Source: Pseudobdellovibrionaceae bacterium (GTDB taxonomy: Bacteria; Bdellovibrionota; Bdellovibrionia; Bdellovibrionales; Bdellovibrionaceae). From it: DNA of 31,088 nt. A program made the translations under genes and the position numbers. Of the stretch, positions 1 to 8,054 are shown one piece after another; position 1 is the first letter of the stretch, and every line of letters starts with the position of its first letter. The stretch is taken from positions 1-31,088 of the forward strand of contig JBGGMM010000212.1 of assembly GCA_041288045.1 (NCBI GenBank), read 5' to 3'. The notes below the pieces were generated by a model that saw nothing but the letters and a program-made list of their open reading frames with translations, ran no database searches and was not told the origin of the DNA.

Positions 1-633
1 CTTAAAGAACTTCCAGAGATTGAAGAAAAGATTGAATCCGGCGAAATTTCTTTAAGTCATATTAATCTGGCTCAAAAATACTTTCAAAAGACAAATCTCA
101 ATAAAGAAGAGAAATTAGAAATCTTTGAGCAGATTTCTTCTAGATCAGTCAGAGAAGCTGAAAAGATCACGGCCAGTCTTTTAGATCTGCCAATTGAAAA
201 ACCAGATCGCATTCAAGTTGTTGCAAAAGAAACAATTGAACTGAAATTTCAGGCGAATGAAGGATTAAGAGATAAGATAGAAACTCTGAAAGGCTATTTG
301 GCTCATTCTAATCCCAATATGAATTTAGGTGAGCTTTTTGAAAAGCTCTGTGATTTGGGGCTTCGGGAATATGATTCATCCCGAGCGTTCAGAAAACGTC
401 GCGTCATCAATTTGAAATCCAAAGCTCAAGTGAAAAGAGAGGTATTTCTAAGAGCCAAGAATCAGTGTGAGAACTGTCGGTCTACTTATGCTCTGGAAAT
501 AGATCATATTCAGCCCAAAGCTCTGGGTGGATCGGATGAATCCGATAATTTGAGACTTCTTTGCAAGTCTTGTAATCAAAGGGCTGCGATCAACGTATTT
601 GGTGTCAATAAAATGGAACGGTTTTTATCATGA
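1..633 (+). CDS. HNH endonuclease domain protein, 5'-truncated by the window edge
   Basis: Frame 1 is open from base 1 (LKELPEIEEKIESGEISLSHIN...) to TGA at 631-633, so the track start at 298 is internal. The C-terminus has CENC...LEIDHIQPKALGGSDESDNLRLLCKSCN, a zinc-binding HNH signature. Confidence 0.9.
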   Translation, partial: LKELPEIEEKIESGEISLSHINLAQKYFQKTNLNKEEKLEIFEQISSRSVREAEKITASLLDLPIEKPDRIQVVAKETIELKFQANEGLRDKIETLKGYLAHSNPNMNLGELFEKLCDLGLREYDSSRAFRKRRVINLKSKAQVKREVFLRAKNQCENCRSTYALEIDHIQPKALGGSDESDNLRLLCKSCNQRAAINVFGVNKMERFLS

Positions 634-638
634 ATATA

Positions 639-661
639 AAAGGGGCAAGGCTTGCCCCTTT
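639..661. terminator. Likely bidirectional intrinsic terminator between the convergent HNH and pepN genes
   Basis: AAAGGGGCAAG-G-CTTGCCCCTTT is a perfect inverted repeat with A/T tails, lying between two stop codons. Confidence 0.8.
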
Positions 662-664
662 GGT

Positions 665-3301
665 TTATTCGGCTTCGAAAGCCTTTTGGATGATTTCGTG
701 GGTGTTGCTGGAAAGGCCTGACCGAAGCAGGCGGCTCAGTTCCTGGTGAGCTTTCTTCTTTGATGTTTCTGGTAGTTTTGTCCAAACATCGAAGCAGCCG
801 GCCAGACGAGCTGCCACTTGGGGATTTAGGCGATCGACTTGTAAAATTTGATCGGCCATAAAACTGTACGTGTCTAGATCCGGCCGGTGAAATTGGGCCA
901 GGTTGCTGCCGAAAGTGGCCAGCAATGAGTACACTCGGTTTGGATTTTTCAATTCAAATTGGGGATGTGAAAGCAGTTTTTGCACAGTTGCAAAAGTTTG
1001 ACTGTGGCTGGACTGAGCTTGAATGGCGAACCATTTGTTGAGAACGATGGATTCATTTTTCCATTTGTCGTAAAACTGAGAAATCGCCTCATCGCGAAGG
1101 CTGCTTTGCATTTCAACCAGCATCAAAAGAGCGGCCTGCTGATCGGTCATGATCTCAGCTGAGCGAAATTGATCCATCGCTTTTTGCTGATAGGCTGGAA
1201 GGTAAGAGAGATATCCAAGAGCTTTATTTTTCAACCGACGACGACCGAAATCTTTGGGATCGAGGCTTTTCGCATTTTGTCCATGGAAGCGCTCGTAAAT
1301 TTCGAGCAAAGTCTTTTCACTCTTTTGCGCAAAAGCCAAAGCGATTTGATCGTGAGCTTTTAAAAATGCTGGCCCATCCAAAACAGGTTCCAGTTGAGCC
1401 AGGTAATCAAAGCCAGGAAGGCCCATCAGTTTTTCTTTTAAGTCTGGATCCAAATCCGCATTCTCAAGCACGGACTGAAAAGCGGAAACGACTGCCGGTG
1501 AAACTTCGCCGGTGGCGCCTGAGCGAAGCGAGCCAATCAACTCGTGATAAAGCCGCAAATAAATTTTTTGAGCAGACTCCCAACGGTTGAAAGCATCTGA
1601 ATCGTTCTGCATTAAAAACAAAAGCTCTTCAAAGCTCGCATCCCAGTCGAGATGAATGGGGGCGGAGAACTGTCGGTTCAAAGAAAGCACGGGTTTTGTA
1701 GAAACCCCTTCAAAAATAAAAGTCTCCCTTTCTTGTTTCAAGTGAATCAAATTTTGCTTTTCTGAATTCACCACGACCTGTGGGCTTTTCAAAAGAAAAT
1801 CTTTACCGGTTTTTGGATCCAATAGACCGATCATCAAAGGAATATGAAATGGCTTTTTTGCCAGGCCCTCAATTTTTTCCTGCGAAGTCGGAGGGCAGGT
1901 CTGTGAAAGTTCCAAAGTGTAGCGCTGTGAGGAGGAATCATAATCTTCCCTCACTCTCACTTGCGGTGTTCCAGCTTGAGAGTACCAAAGCTTGAACTGC
2001 TCCCAATTTTGAGCATTGGGCTCAGCAATCGCCCGAGCGAAATCCTCGATGATCACCGCTTGACCGTCGTGGCGCTCAAAATAAGTGTCCATGCCCTTGC
2101 GAAAGCCCGGACGGCCCACCATGGTCTGCATCATACGAATGATCTCGGCACCTTTTTCATAAATCGTAGAGGTAAAGAAATTATCCACGGCAAAGCAAGA
2201 AGCGGGGCGAATCGGATGAGCGTTTGGACCTGCGTCCTCGGAAAATTGCGAATTGCGAAGCTCATCGACGTTTTCAATTCGGATCAAAGCCCGAGAGGAT
2301 TGATCCATCGAAAATTCTTGGTCGCGAAAAACAGTGAGGCCCTCTTTCAGGCTCAAATGAAACCAATCCCGCAAAGTCACGCGGTTGCCAGTCCAATTGT
2401 GAAAGTACTCGTGAGCCACAACGGATTCGATGCGAAAGTAATCTAGATCTGTCGCCGTTTTCGAATCGGCAAAGACCAAGCGCGAGTTGAAAATATTCAA
2501 ACCTTTGTTTTCCATGGCGCCGGCATTGAAATCATCCACGGCAAGAATCATAAAAGTGGAAAGGTCGTACTCGCGGCCAAAGCGCTCCTCATCCCACTTC
2601 ATGGATTTTTTCAAAGACTCCATGGCAAAATGACAGCGGTCTTGCTTTCCATGAGCGGCATAGATTTCAAGATTCACCAATTTTCCTGAGCGAGTGGTGT
2701 AGGTGTCGCGAATGACTCCCAAGTCGCCTGCGACCAAGGCGAATAAGTAGCAAGGCTTTTTAAATGGATCTTCCCAGAGAGTTTCGTGGCGACCGCCGGG
2801 CAATGAACGCAAAGACAGACGATTTCCGTTTGAGAGAAGCACTGGATATTTTTTTTCATCGGCTTCAATGCGAACACGATAGGTAGTCATCACATCGGGA
2901 CGGTCCAAAAAGTAAGTGATACGGCGAAATCCTTGAGCTTCGCACTGAGTGCAGAAAGCTCCGTTGGATTTGTACAGACCTTCAAGTGCCGTGTTCTCTT
3001 GCGGTTTGATTTCGGTTTCGATTTCAAGCGTGAACTGATCCGGCAAATCAAAAATCTGCAAGCCGCCCTCTCTTATTTCAAAGCGGGGAGTGCTGCCGTT
3101 GACCTTCACAGAAATGAGCTTCAGGTTTTCGCCATCCAGCCACAGGTCGGATTCTGAGCCCGTTTTCCGCAGAGCCATTCGACTTTGCACGTGGGTGACG
3201 TCTTCGTTCAAATTAAAAAAAAGCTCCAAATTCTCGATGGAAAAATTTGGAGCTTGGTAATCTTTTAAATAAATTTTCTGTGGAGTTTGGGATTTCTGCA
3301 T
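665..3301 (-). CDS. pepN: Aminopeptidase N (M1 family zinc metallopeptidase)
   Basis: 878 aa; GAMENKGLN, HEYFHNWTGNRVT...LKEGLT (HExxH-18-E), TQCEAQGFRRITYFLDRPDV, C-terminal NPNRV and NPQVAARL. Confidence 0.97.
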   Translation of the reverse strand: MQKSQTPQKIYLKDYQAPNFSIENLELFFNLNEDVTHVQSRMALRKTGSESDLWLDGENLKLISVKVNGSTPRFEIREGGLQIFDLPDQFTLEIETEIKPQENTALEGLYKSNGAFCTQCEAQGFRRITYFLDRPDVMTTYRVRIEADEKKYPVLLSNGNRLSLRSLPGGRHETLWEDPFKKPCYLFALVAGDLGVIRDTYTTRSGKLVNLEIYAAHGKQDRCHFAMESLKKSMKWDEERFGREYDLSTFMILAVDDFNAGAMENKGLNIFNSRLVFADSKTATDLDYFRIESVVAHEYFHNWTGNRVTLRDWFHLSLKEGLTVFRDQEFSMDQSSRALIRIENVDELRNSQFSEDAGPNAHPIRPASCFAVDNFFTSTIYEKGAEIIRMMQTMVGRPGFRKGMDTYFERHDGQAVIIEDFARAIAEPNAQNWEQFKLWYSQAGTPQVRVREDYDSSSQRYTLELSQTCPPTSQEKIEGLAKKPFHIPLMIGLLDPKTGKDFLLKSPQVVVNSEKQNLIHLKQERETFIFEGVSTKPVLSLNRQFSAPIHLDWDASFEELLFLMQNDSDAFNRWESAQKIYLRLYHELIGSLRSGATGEVSPAVVSAFQSVLENADLDPDLKEKLMGLPGFDYLAQLEPVLDGPAFLKAHDQIALAFAQKSEKTLLEIYERFHGQNAKSLDPKDFGRRRLKNKALGYLSYLPAYQQKAMDQFRSAEIMTDQQAALLMLVEMQSSLRDEAISQFYDKWKNESIVLNKWFAIQAQSSHSQTFATVQKLLSHPQFELKNPNRVYSLLATFGSNLAQFHRPDLDTYSFMADQILQVDRLNPQVAARLAGCFDVWTKLPETSKKKAHQELSRLLRSGLSSNTHEIIQKAFEAE

Positions 3302-3310
3302 CCCCGTAAA

Positions 3311-3862
3311 CTACAAAGTTTTCTTTAGCGCCGTCAAGCCCTTGGTCACAGAGGCCATGCGAGCCAGATCATGGATTTTTTCAGGGTCTACATTGTGACC
3401 TCTCAGTGCTTTTTCATGAGAAGACACACAAGTCGGACAGCCATTCACCACGCTGACAGCAAAAGCCATCATTTCAAATCGCTCTTTGCCATTCTGTGGT
3501 TTCGCCAAAGACTGCATGCGAAGTCCGGCGCGTTGGTAGCTTTCCAGGGATTCAGGCGAAAGGTAGCCTTTGAACTTGTAATATGTGTTGAGCATTCCCA
3601 TAATCGCGGCTGATTCTTTGGCTTCTTGGATCTGCTCTTGCGAAAGGTCGCGGCTTCGCAGTTCTTCTTCGGCCAAGGCGATCAGTTCCTTGTTTTCCAA
3701 AGCTGAAGCGATGGACAGCAGTCCTAAAAATCGTTCCACTTCATCCAAAGGGCTTTCTTCGAGAATTTTTTTGAGATTCATCATCAGATCGCGAAAGATC
3801 GTTGTTTGGTGATTTGGAAACTGAGCTTCAAAATATTGATCGATTTTTTCTGAGATACTCAT
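3311..3862 (-). CDS. ahpD: Alkyl hydroperoxide reductase AhpD (carboxymuconolactone decarboxylase family)
   Basis: AAIMGMLNTYY and FEMMAFAVSVVNGCPTCVSSHE (CxxC...H); directly downstream of ahpC. Start moved to ATG at 3862 (MSISEK), which follows an AAGGAG RBS. Confidence 0.9.
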   Translation of the reverse strand: MSISEKIDQYFEAQFPNHQTTIFRDLMMNLKKILEESPLDEVERFLGLLSIASALENKELIALAEEELRSRDLSQEQIQEAKESAAIMGMLNTYYKFKGYLSPESLESYQRAGLRMQSLAKPQNGKERFEMMAFAVSVVNGCPTCVSSHEKALRGHNVDPEKIHDLARMASVTKGLTALKKTL

Positions 3863-3879
3863 TTCTTTCTCCTTTGGAA

Positions 3880-3910
3880 ATCCGAGGGCTTCCAATTGAA
3901 AGCCCCGGAT
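3880..3910 (-). other. Intercistronic stem-loop between ahpC and ahpD
   Basis: The minus strand reads ATCCGGGGCTTTC-AATT-GGAAGCCC-T-CGGAT, a GC-rich hairpin with one G-U pair and one bulge, with only a short U run. Confidence 0.55.
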
Positions 3911-3934
3911 GGATGGACGGGTTCCGTTTATAAA

Positions 3935-4498
3935 TTAGCCAAGTGTCGCTTGACCTTTTTCCCAGTTGCAGGGGCAAAGCTCGTCTGTTTGCAAAGCATC
4001 CAGAGTGCGAACGACTTCTTTCACGTTACGACCAACGCTCAAATCATTGACAGACACCCAGCGAACGATTCCTTCAGGGTCAACGATGTAAGTGGCGCGC
4101 AGGGGAGCACCGTTGGCTTTTGAAGCGATTCCCAATTGGTTGGTCAGCTCCTTGTTGTAATCAGCGATCATTGGGAATTTCAGATCCTTCAGATCGTCGT
4201 GATTGTTTCGCCAAGCCAAGTGCACAAATTCAGAATCTGCGCTCAAGCCCAAAAGCTTGGCTTCGCGATTTTGAAAATCTTTGATGTGCTTGTTGAATTC
4301 AGCAATTTCAGTGGGGCAAACGAAAGTAAAATCCAAAGGCCAGAAAAACAGAACAGCCCAGCTGCCTTTGAAATCGCGAGAGCCCATTTTTTGAAATTCT
4401 TTTCCCTTCTCGCGAGAGACACAGGCCATCAGTTCGAATTCAGGAAATTTTTCGCCGATTCCGAGCATTCTCTGGGGAGTGGTTGTTGTTAATTGCAT
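3935..4498 (-). CDS. ahpC: Peroxiredoxin AhpC (typical 2-Cys family, with C-terminal CPC)
   Basis: FFWPLDFTFVCPTEI peroxidatic motif, VGRNVKEVVR, and DELCPCNW. Start ATG at 4498 follows GGAGG. Confidence 0.95.
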   Translation of the reverse strand: MQLTTTTPQRMLGIGEKFPEFELMACVSREKGKEFQKMGSRDFKGSWAVLFFWPLDFTFVCPTEIAEFNKHIKDFQNREAKLLGLSADSEFVHLAWRNNHDDLKDLKFPMIADYNKELTNQLGIASKANGAPLRATYIVDPEGIVRWVSVNDLSVGRNVKEVVRTLDALQTDELCPCNWEKGQATLG

Positions 4499-4500
4499 TT

Positions 4501-4941
4501 TCAATCCTCCTTATTGGATTTGTTGATTTCACCTTTAATTAGCAAATCATAATTTTTGACCTTGAAGTTTCCCGCAAGATCCAAATCGAGCTGCACATTC
4601 TCTTTATGAATATCAAAAAGCCGACCGCTTTTCTCATCCAGAAAATGAGAGTGCTCCTCGAGATTATTGTCATAAATGACTTTGTCAGAATGAGAGAACT
4701 TAAATTCACGAAGAAGCCCAGCGGCAACCAAAGTCTTCAAAGTGTTGTACACCGTAGCAAGACTGATCGTTGCCAAATTCTTCTCAGCCCAAGCATGCAC
4801 TTCTTCTGCGGTGGGGTGATCCGCCTCACACAGCACATACTGACAAATCGAAATCCGCTGCAGAGTCGGTTGCACATTGGCAGCCCGAAGCCGATCCTCG
4901 ATCTCTTGAGTTGTCAGACAAATCCCTTTGCTTTTAGCCAT
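4501..4941 (-). CDS. Fur-family transcriptional regulator, probably PerR-like
   Basis: HPTAEEV, SLATVYNTL, YDNNLEEHSHF; first gene of the ahpCD run. Confidence 0.9.
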   Translation of the reverse strand: MAKSKGICLTTQEIEDRLRAANVQPTLQRISICQYVLCEADHPTAEEVHAWAEKNLATISLATVYNTLKTLVAAGLLREFKFSHSDKVIYDNNLEEHSHFLDEKSGRLFDIHKENVQLDLDLAGNFKVKNYDLLIKGEINKSNKED

Positions 4942-4962
4942 TTCTTTCCCTTTGTTCTAAGA

Positions 4963-4977
4963 TTAGAATAATTCTAA
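4963..4977. promoter_or_regulatory. Per/Fur-type 7-1-7 operator
   Basis: TTAGAAT-A-ATTCTAA is a perfect inverted repeat 21 bp upstream of the Fur-family start codon and resembles the Per box TTATAAT-N-ATTATAA. Confidence 0.8.
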
Positions 4978-4993
4978 AATGAGAGGAAGTCAA
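4965..4993 (-). promoter_or_regulatory. Sigma-70-type promoter for the perR-ahpC-ahpD operon
   Basis: Minus strand TTGACT (4993-4988), 17-nt spacer, TATTCT (4970-4965); the -10 lies inside the 7-1-7 box. Confidence 0.65.
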
Positions 4994-5087
4994 GAGGTAG
5001 AGTGAGTTTTGCCGGGTGCAGGTAAGTGCTTGAAATTATTGGAGGGTGAAAGACGAATATGAAGTCTATAGCCTCAAAATGAGAAGG

Positions 5088-5190
5088 TCTCTCACTGATT
5101 TAGTTCTCCGAAGAGTACCGGTCACATTGAGGCAACTCAATTCAGGAAGTAAATCGTTTTTCACGTGACCGATACCCATCAGTGCCGAGA
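5088..5190. ncRNA. Candidate structured RNA or structured DNA element (unassigned)
   Basis: Nested complementary segments: 5093-5099/5178-5184, 5115-5125/5165-5175, hairpin 5126-5141, and hairpin 5106-5115 (cUUCGg loop on the minus strand). Confidence 0.35.
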
Positions 5191-5236
5191 TTCAACGATC
5201 CCAACTGAAAATTTCTATGAGTTTACATGAATCCAG

Positions 5237-5680
5237 TCAGTGAGCTTCGGTATCAACAAAAACCACATAAGACACCTCACCCGGCAATGCATCTTCAACA
5301 TCCGCACGGACAGAAATCATCTGCGGAAAGTTAGACCAGGGGTTCATCCACCCATTTTCAAGACGCAAGAGAAAATGACCGGAAGGGTACCTTGAATTTG
5401 GGGAAACGAAAACAATTGTTCCTGGTTGCCGAAGCATTTCTGAAATTTTTGACAAATCAAATTCAGCAAAAGTGTAACTCAGTTCTGCCCTGGCCAGAGC
5501 TTGAACAATTTCGCTGCAGTAAAATCCGCGGATCCAGGCGAGCTCTGGAATTTCAAAAAGCTTCAGTGCCTCTTGATAAGACAGTCCACAAAGCGATGCC
5601 ACACAGGCGACAGCACAACCCAGAGGGTGCTCTTGAGGAACGGGCTTCATTTCGAACGAGTGGATAAGCCGCTTGGACAT
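5237..5680 (-). CDS. Stand-alone peptidase C39-like (papain-fold) cysteine peptidase domain protein
   Basis: PVPQEHPLGCAVACVASL matches the C39 Q-x4-5-C-x2-AC pattern; later GHFLL (catalytic His) and WMNPW (usually DP). Confidence 0.65.
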   Translation of the reverse strand: MSKRLIHSFEMKPVPQEHPLGCAVACVASLCGLSYQEALKLFEIPELAWIRGFYCSEIVQALARAELSYTFAEFDLSKISEMLRQPGTIVFVSPNSRYPSGHFLLRLENGWMNPWSNFPQMISVRADVEDALPGEVSYVVFVDTEAH

Positions 5681-5751
5681 GCGGTGAAAAGCTCAACTCG
5701 AAATTTGAAAGGGGTCAATCTGCCATTCGACAGTGCTTTAGATTCCGTAAA

Positions 5752-5768
5752 TTGGAATTTGTTTTGCA
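5752..5768 (+). promoter_or_regulatory. Possible sigma-54 (-24/-12) promoter for the accessory operon
   Basis: TTGGAATTTGTTTTGCA has GG-N10-GC spacing with TTGCA at -12, but two mismatches to TGGCAC; about 43 bp upstream of the ATG at 5811. Confidence 0.4.
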
Positions 5769-5810
5769 CCGAAAGCCTCGCACTTGAGTCCATCCCGAGG
5801 GAGTTATGGA

Positions 5811-8054
5811 ATGGAGAAAAAAATTTACATCAGTGGAATGCATTCGGGGCAAAATCCCTGTGCGGGAGTTGGCATTGCCCGCTCCTTACGCAAAGCTTTC
5901 CCAAATTTGCACCTGGTTGGCGTCGATCATTGGCAAGGAAGCTCAGGATTGCATCACGAAGTGGTGGACGATGTTCTGCTTTTGCCCCAGTGGAAGCAAA
6001 TCGACAGTCTCAGGCACAGCGAGTACTTGGAAACACTTTTAGATTCAGGAAATATTTGGATTTCGGGATTGGATGTGGAAACCCATTGGCTCGCGCAAAA
6101 CTTTGGCACTCATCCCAATCTTTTCGCACCACCGCAAGCCGCCCTTGAAAAGACCGCCAAGCCAGGAGTGCAAGCTTTCTGTCAGTTGGGTTTTCAAGTG
6201 CCAGAATCTATTTCTGCTTTTCTCTCTGATTCAGAAATCCATCACTTTCTACGTCAGAATTCTTGGCAATGCTGGCTCAAGGGGCCTTATCACGAAGCCA
6301 AACGAACCAGTTCATGGGACGGATTTGAAAGATCTCGAGAGGCTATGAAAAAAGAATGGAAAACCTCTCAGCTTTTCGTCCAGAAAAATGTGATCGGCCA
6401 TGAAGAGTCCATTTGTTTTTCGGCCTGTCGGGGAAAGCTCACAGCTTTGATCCACATGCAAAAACGATTGATCACCCCCGAAGGAAAGACCTGGGCCGGT
6501 CGAGTGAACCCGGTGTCTCGTGATTTTTTTGAAGAGTTTGAAGACATCATTGAGCAACTGAAATGGACGGGCGGGGGAGAAATTGAATTTGTTCGCGATT
6601 TAGATGGAAAAAAATGGATCATCGAGTGCAATCCGCGTTTTCCGGCTTGGATTTTTGGTGCGACACTTTCAGGAGTCAATTTGCCGGCAAAAATGATCGC
6701 AGCGGCCTGCAGTCTGCCCTTCGTAGAAGAGATTCAAAAATATCCCTGCTTCACTCGAGTGGTTCACGAAATTCCTGCCAAAGAAGCCGTCGGACTGCCA
6801 ATTCCGCAAGATCCTTCCTTGGTCGCTTGGTCCATCGAGGGAAAAGGAAAAGGGGGAGCTGTTCAAGCGGCGCTCATACCCCAACTGCGACAGCAATCCG
6901 AAACTACGAAAATGGAAGAGAGCGATCAAAAAATCCCGCCTCTCTACACAGAAGAAATCAAAAACCACCTAAAATCCTTTGAGGGTGAAACTCCAACTCG
7001 TATCCACCTGCACGATTGGACTTTCTCGCGCTTTGAAGCTCTGGTGACAGGCATACAAAAAGCTCACTCGCACCCCAAAATCCAAATCGCCTACAGTGTG
7101 AAGACCAGTGCCACCGATGCCCACCTGAAGCACGCCCAGAAGTGTGGGTTTTTCACAGAGTGCATCAGTCAGATGGAAATTCAAAGAGCTCTTCGTACTG
7201 GAGTGCCCCCGAAGGAGATTATTTTAAATGGGCCTGGAAAATTTTGGCCTCTGACAACAGAACCGGTCAAAGATCTGCACATGCTTTTTTGTGACTCGAT
7301 CGAAGAGTTTGATCGAGTGATTGAAATTCCAGATCTGGCTCGGGTGCTGGGATTTCGAATTCAGTTGCCAAAACTTCAATCCAGATTTGGCGTGCCCATC
7401 GATAAAATTGAAAATTTTCAAGCTCTCCTCAAATGTGTTCGACGACTGAAAAATCGCTCAGAGCTTGGATTTCATTTTCACATGCCAAGCTGGGCGATTG
7501 GAATGCAAAGGTGGAAAGAGGCCATGAAATCCCTGCTGACCTGGTGTCAGTCCATTGAGCAGCTGACCGAAGTTCCAATTCGTCATTTGGATTTGGGCGG
7601 CGGTTTTTTCCCTTCCGATTTGGAAAAAATCAATTTTAGCTGGGTTCAAGAAAGCGTGAGATCCGCTCTCCCAGAGGTCAAAGTGATTTATTTTGAACCC
7701 GGGCGTTCGCTCACTCAAGAAGGCGAGGCTCTGGTATCCCGAGTGCTGGATGTCAGAAAAAATAAAGACGAAGAAATTTCAGAAATTGTTGTTGATGCCT
7801 GCATTGCGGAGATGCCGCTCATTCACGCTTACTTTCACCGGGTGTTTTTCCAGTCGCAAACAAAAACAGACGAGAAACAGTTCCAGCCCTTACAAAAGGG
7901 GAAAACTAAAATCTTAGGTCGAATTTGCATGGAAAATGACGTGCTCAGCCCGGGTCTTAACATTCCCGCTTCGGTGCAATTGGGGGATTTGGTGATTTTT
8001 GGTGATGCTGGCGCTTATGAAAGGACAATGAGTTATGATTTTGGACGGGGTTAA
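5811..8054 (+). CDS. Fusion of an N-terminal ATP-grasp ligase (CarB/carboxylate-amine ligase-like) and a C-terminal PLP-dependent fold-type III (Orn/DAP/Arg family) decarboxylase
   Basis: N-half: WLKGPYHEA, FVQKNVIGHE, GGGEIEFV, IIECNPRFPAW. C-half: YSVKT (PLP lysine), LNGPGK, SRFG, HFH, LDLGGGF, FEPGR, GRICMEND, GAY. Start taken as ATG 5811 after GAGGGAG. Confidence 0.85.
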   Translation: MEKKIYISGMHSGQNPCAGVGIARSLRKAFPNLHLVGVDHWQGSSGLHHEVVDDVLLLPQWKQIDSLRHSEYLETLLDSGNIWISGLDVETHWLAQNFGTHPNLFAPPQAALEKTAKPGVQAFCQLGFQVPESISAFLSDSEIHHFLRQNSWQCWLKGPYHEAKRTSSWDGFERSREAMKKEWKTSQLFVQKNVIGHEESICFSACRGKLTALIHMQKRLITPEGKTWAGRVNPVSRDFFEEFEDIIEQLKWTGGGEIEFVRDLDGKKWIIECNPRFPAWIFGATLSGVNLPAKMIAAACSLPFVEEIQKYPCFTRVVHEIPAKEAVGLPIPQDPSLVAWSIEGKGKGGAVQAALIPQLRQQSETTKMEESDQKIPPLYTEEIKNHLKSFEGETPTRIHLHDWTFSRFEALVTGIQKAHSHPKIQIAYSVKTSATDAHLKHAQKCGFFTECISQMEIQRALRTGVPPKEIILNGPGKFWPLTTEPVKDLHMLFCDSIEEFDRVIEIPDLARVLGFRIQLPKLQSRFGVPIDKIENFQALLKCVRRLKNRSELGFHFHMPSWAIGMQRWKEAMKSLLTWCQSIEQLTEVPIRHLDLGGGFFPSDLEKINFSWVQESVRSALPEVKVIYFEPGRSLTQEGEALVSRVLDVRKNKDEEISEIVVDACIAEMPLIHAYFHRVFFQSQTKTDEKQFQPLQKGKTKILGRICMENDVLSPGLNIPASVQLGDLVIFGDAGAYERTMSYDFGRG

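Noticed and set aside
5023..5036. TAAGTGCTTGAAAT, resembling an IHF site
   Set aside because: Imperfect match to a short degenerate consensus, with no independent support.
5066..5179. 37-aa minus-strand ORF (MGIGHVKNDLLPELSCLNVTGTLRRTKSVRDLLILRL) as a RiPP precursor for the C39/ATP-grasp genes
   Set aside because: No RBS, no double-glycine leader and no graspetide-like core. It coincides with the structured element, which explains the sequence better.
5501..6148. 215-aa plus-strand ORF and the other alternative-frame or antisense ORFs in the track (for example 12531-13253, 14916-15710, 29241-29828)
   Set aside because: They overlap well-supported genes and have no recognisable motifs; treated as shadow ORFs.
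6950..8054. Calling the decarboxylase domain lysA
   Set aside because: Family motifs are present, but the fusion, the HMPSW variant and the context do not support DAP specificity.
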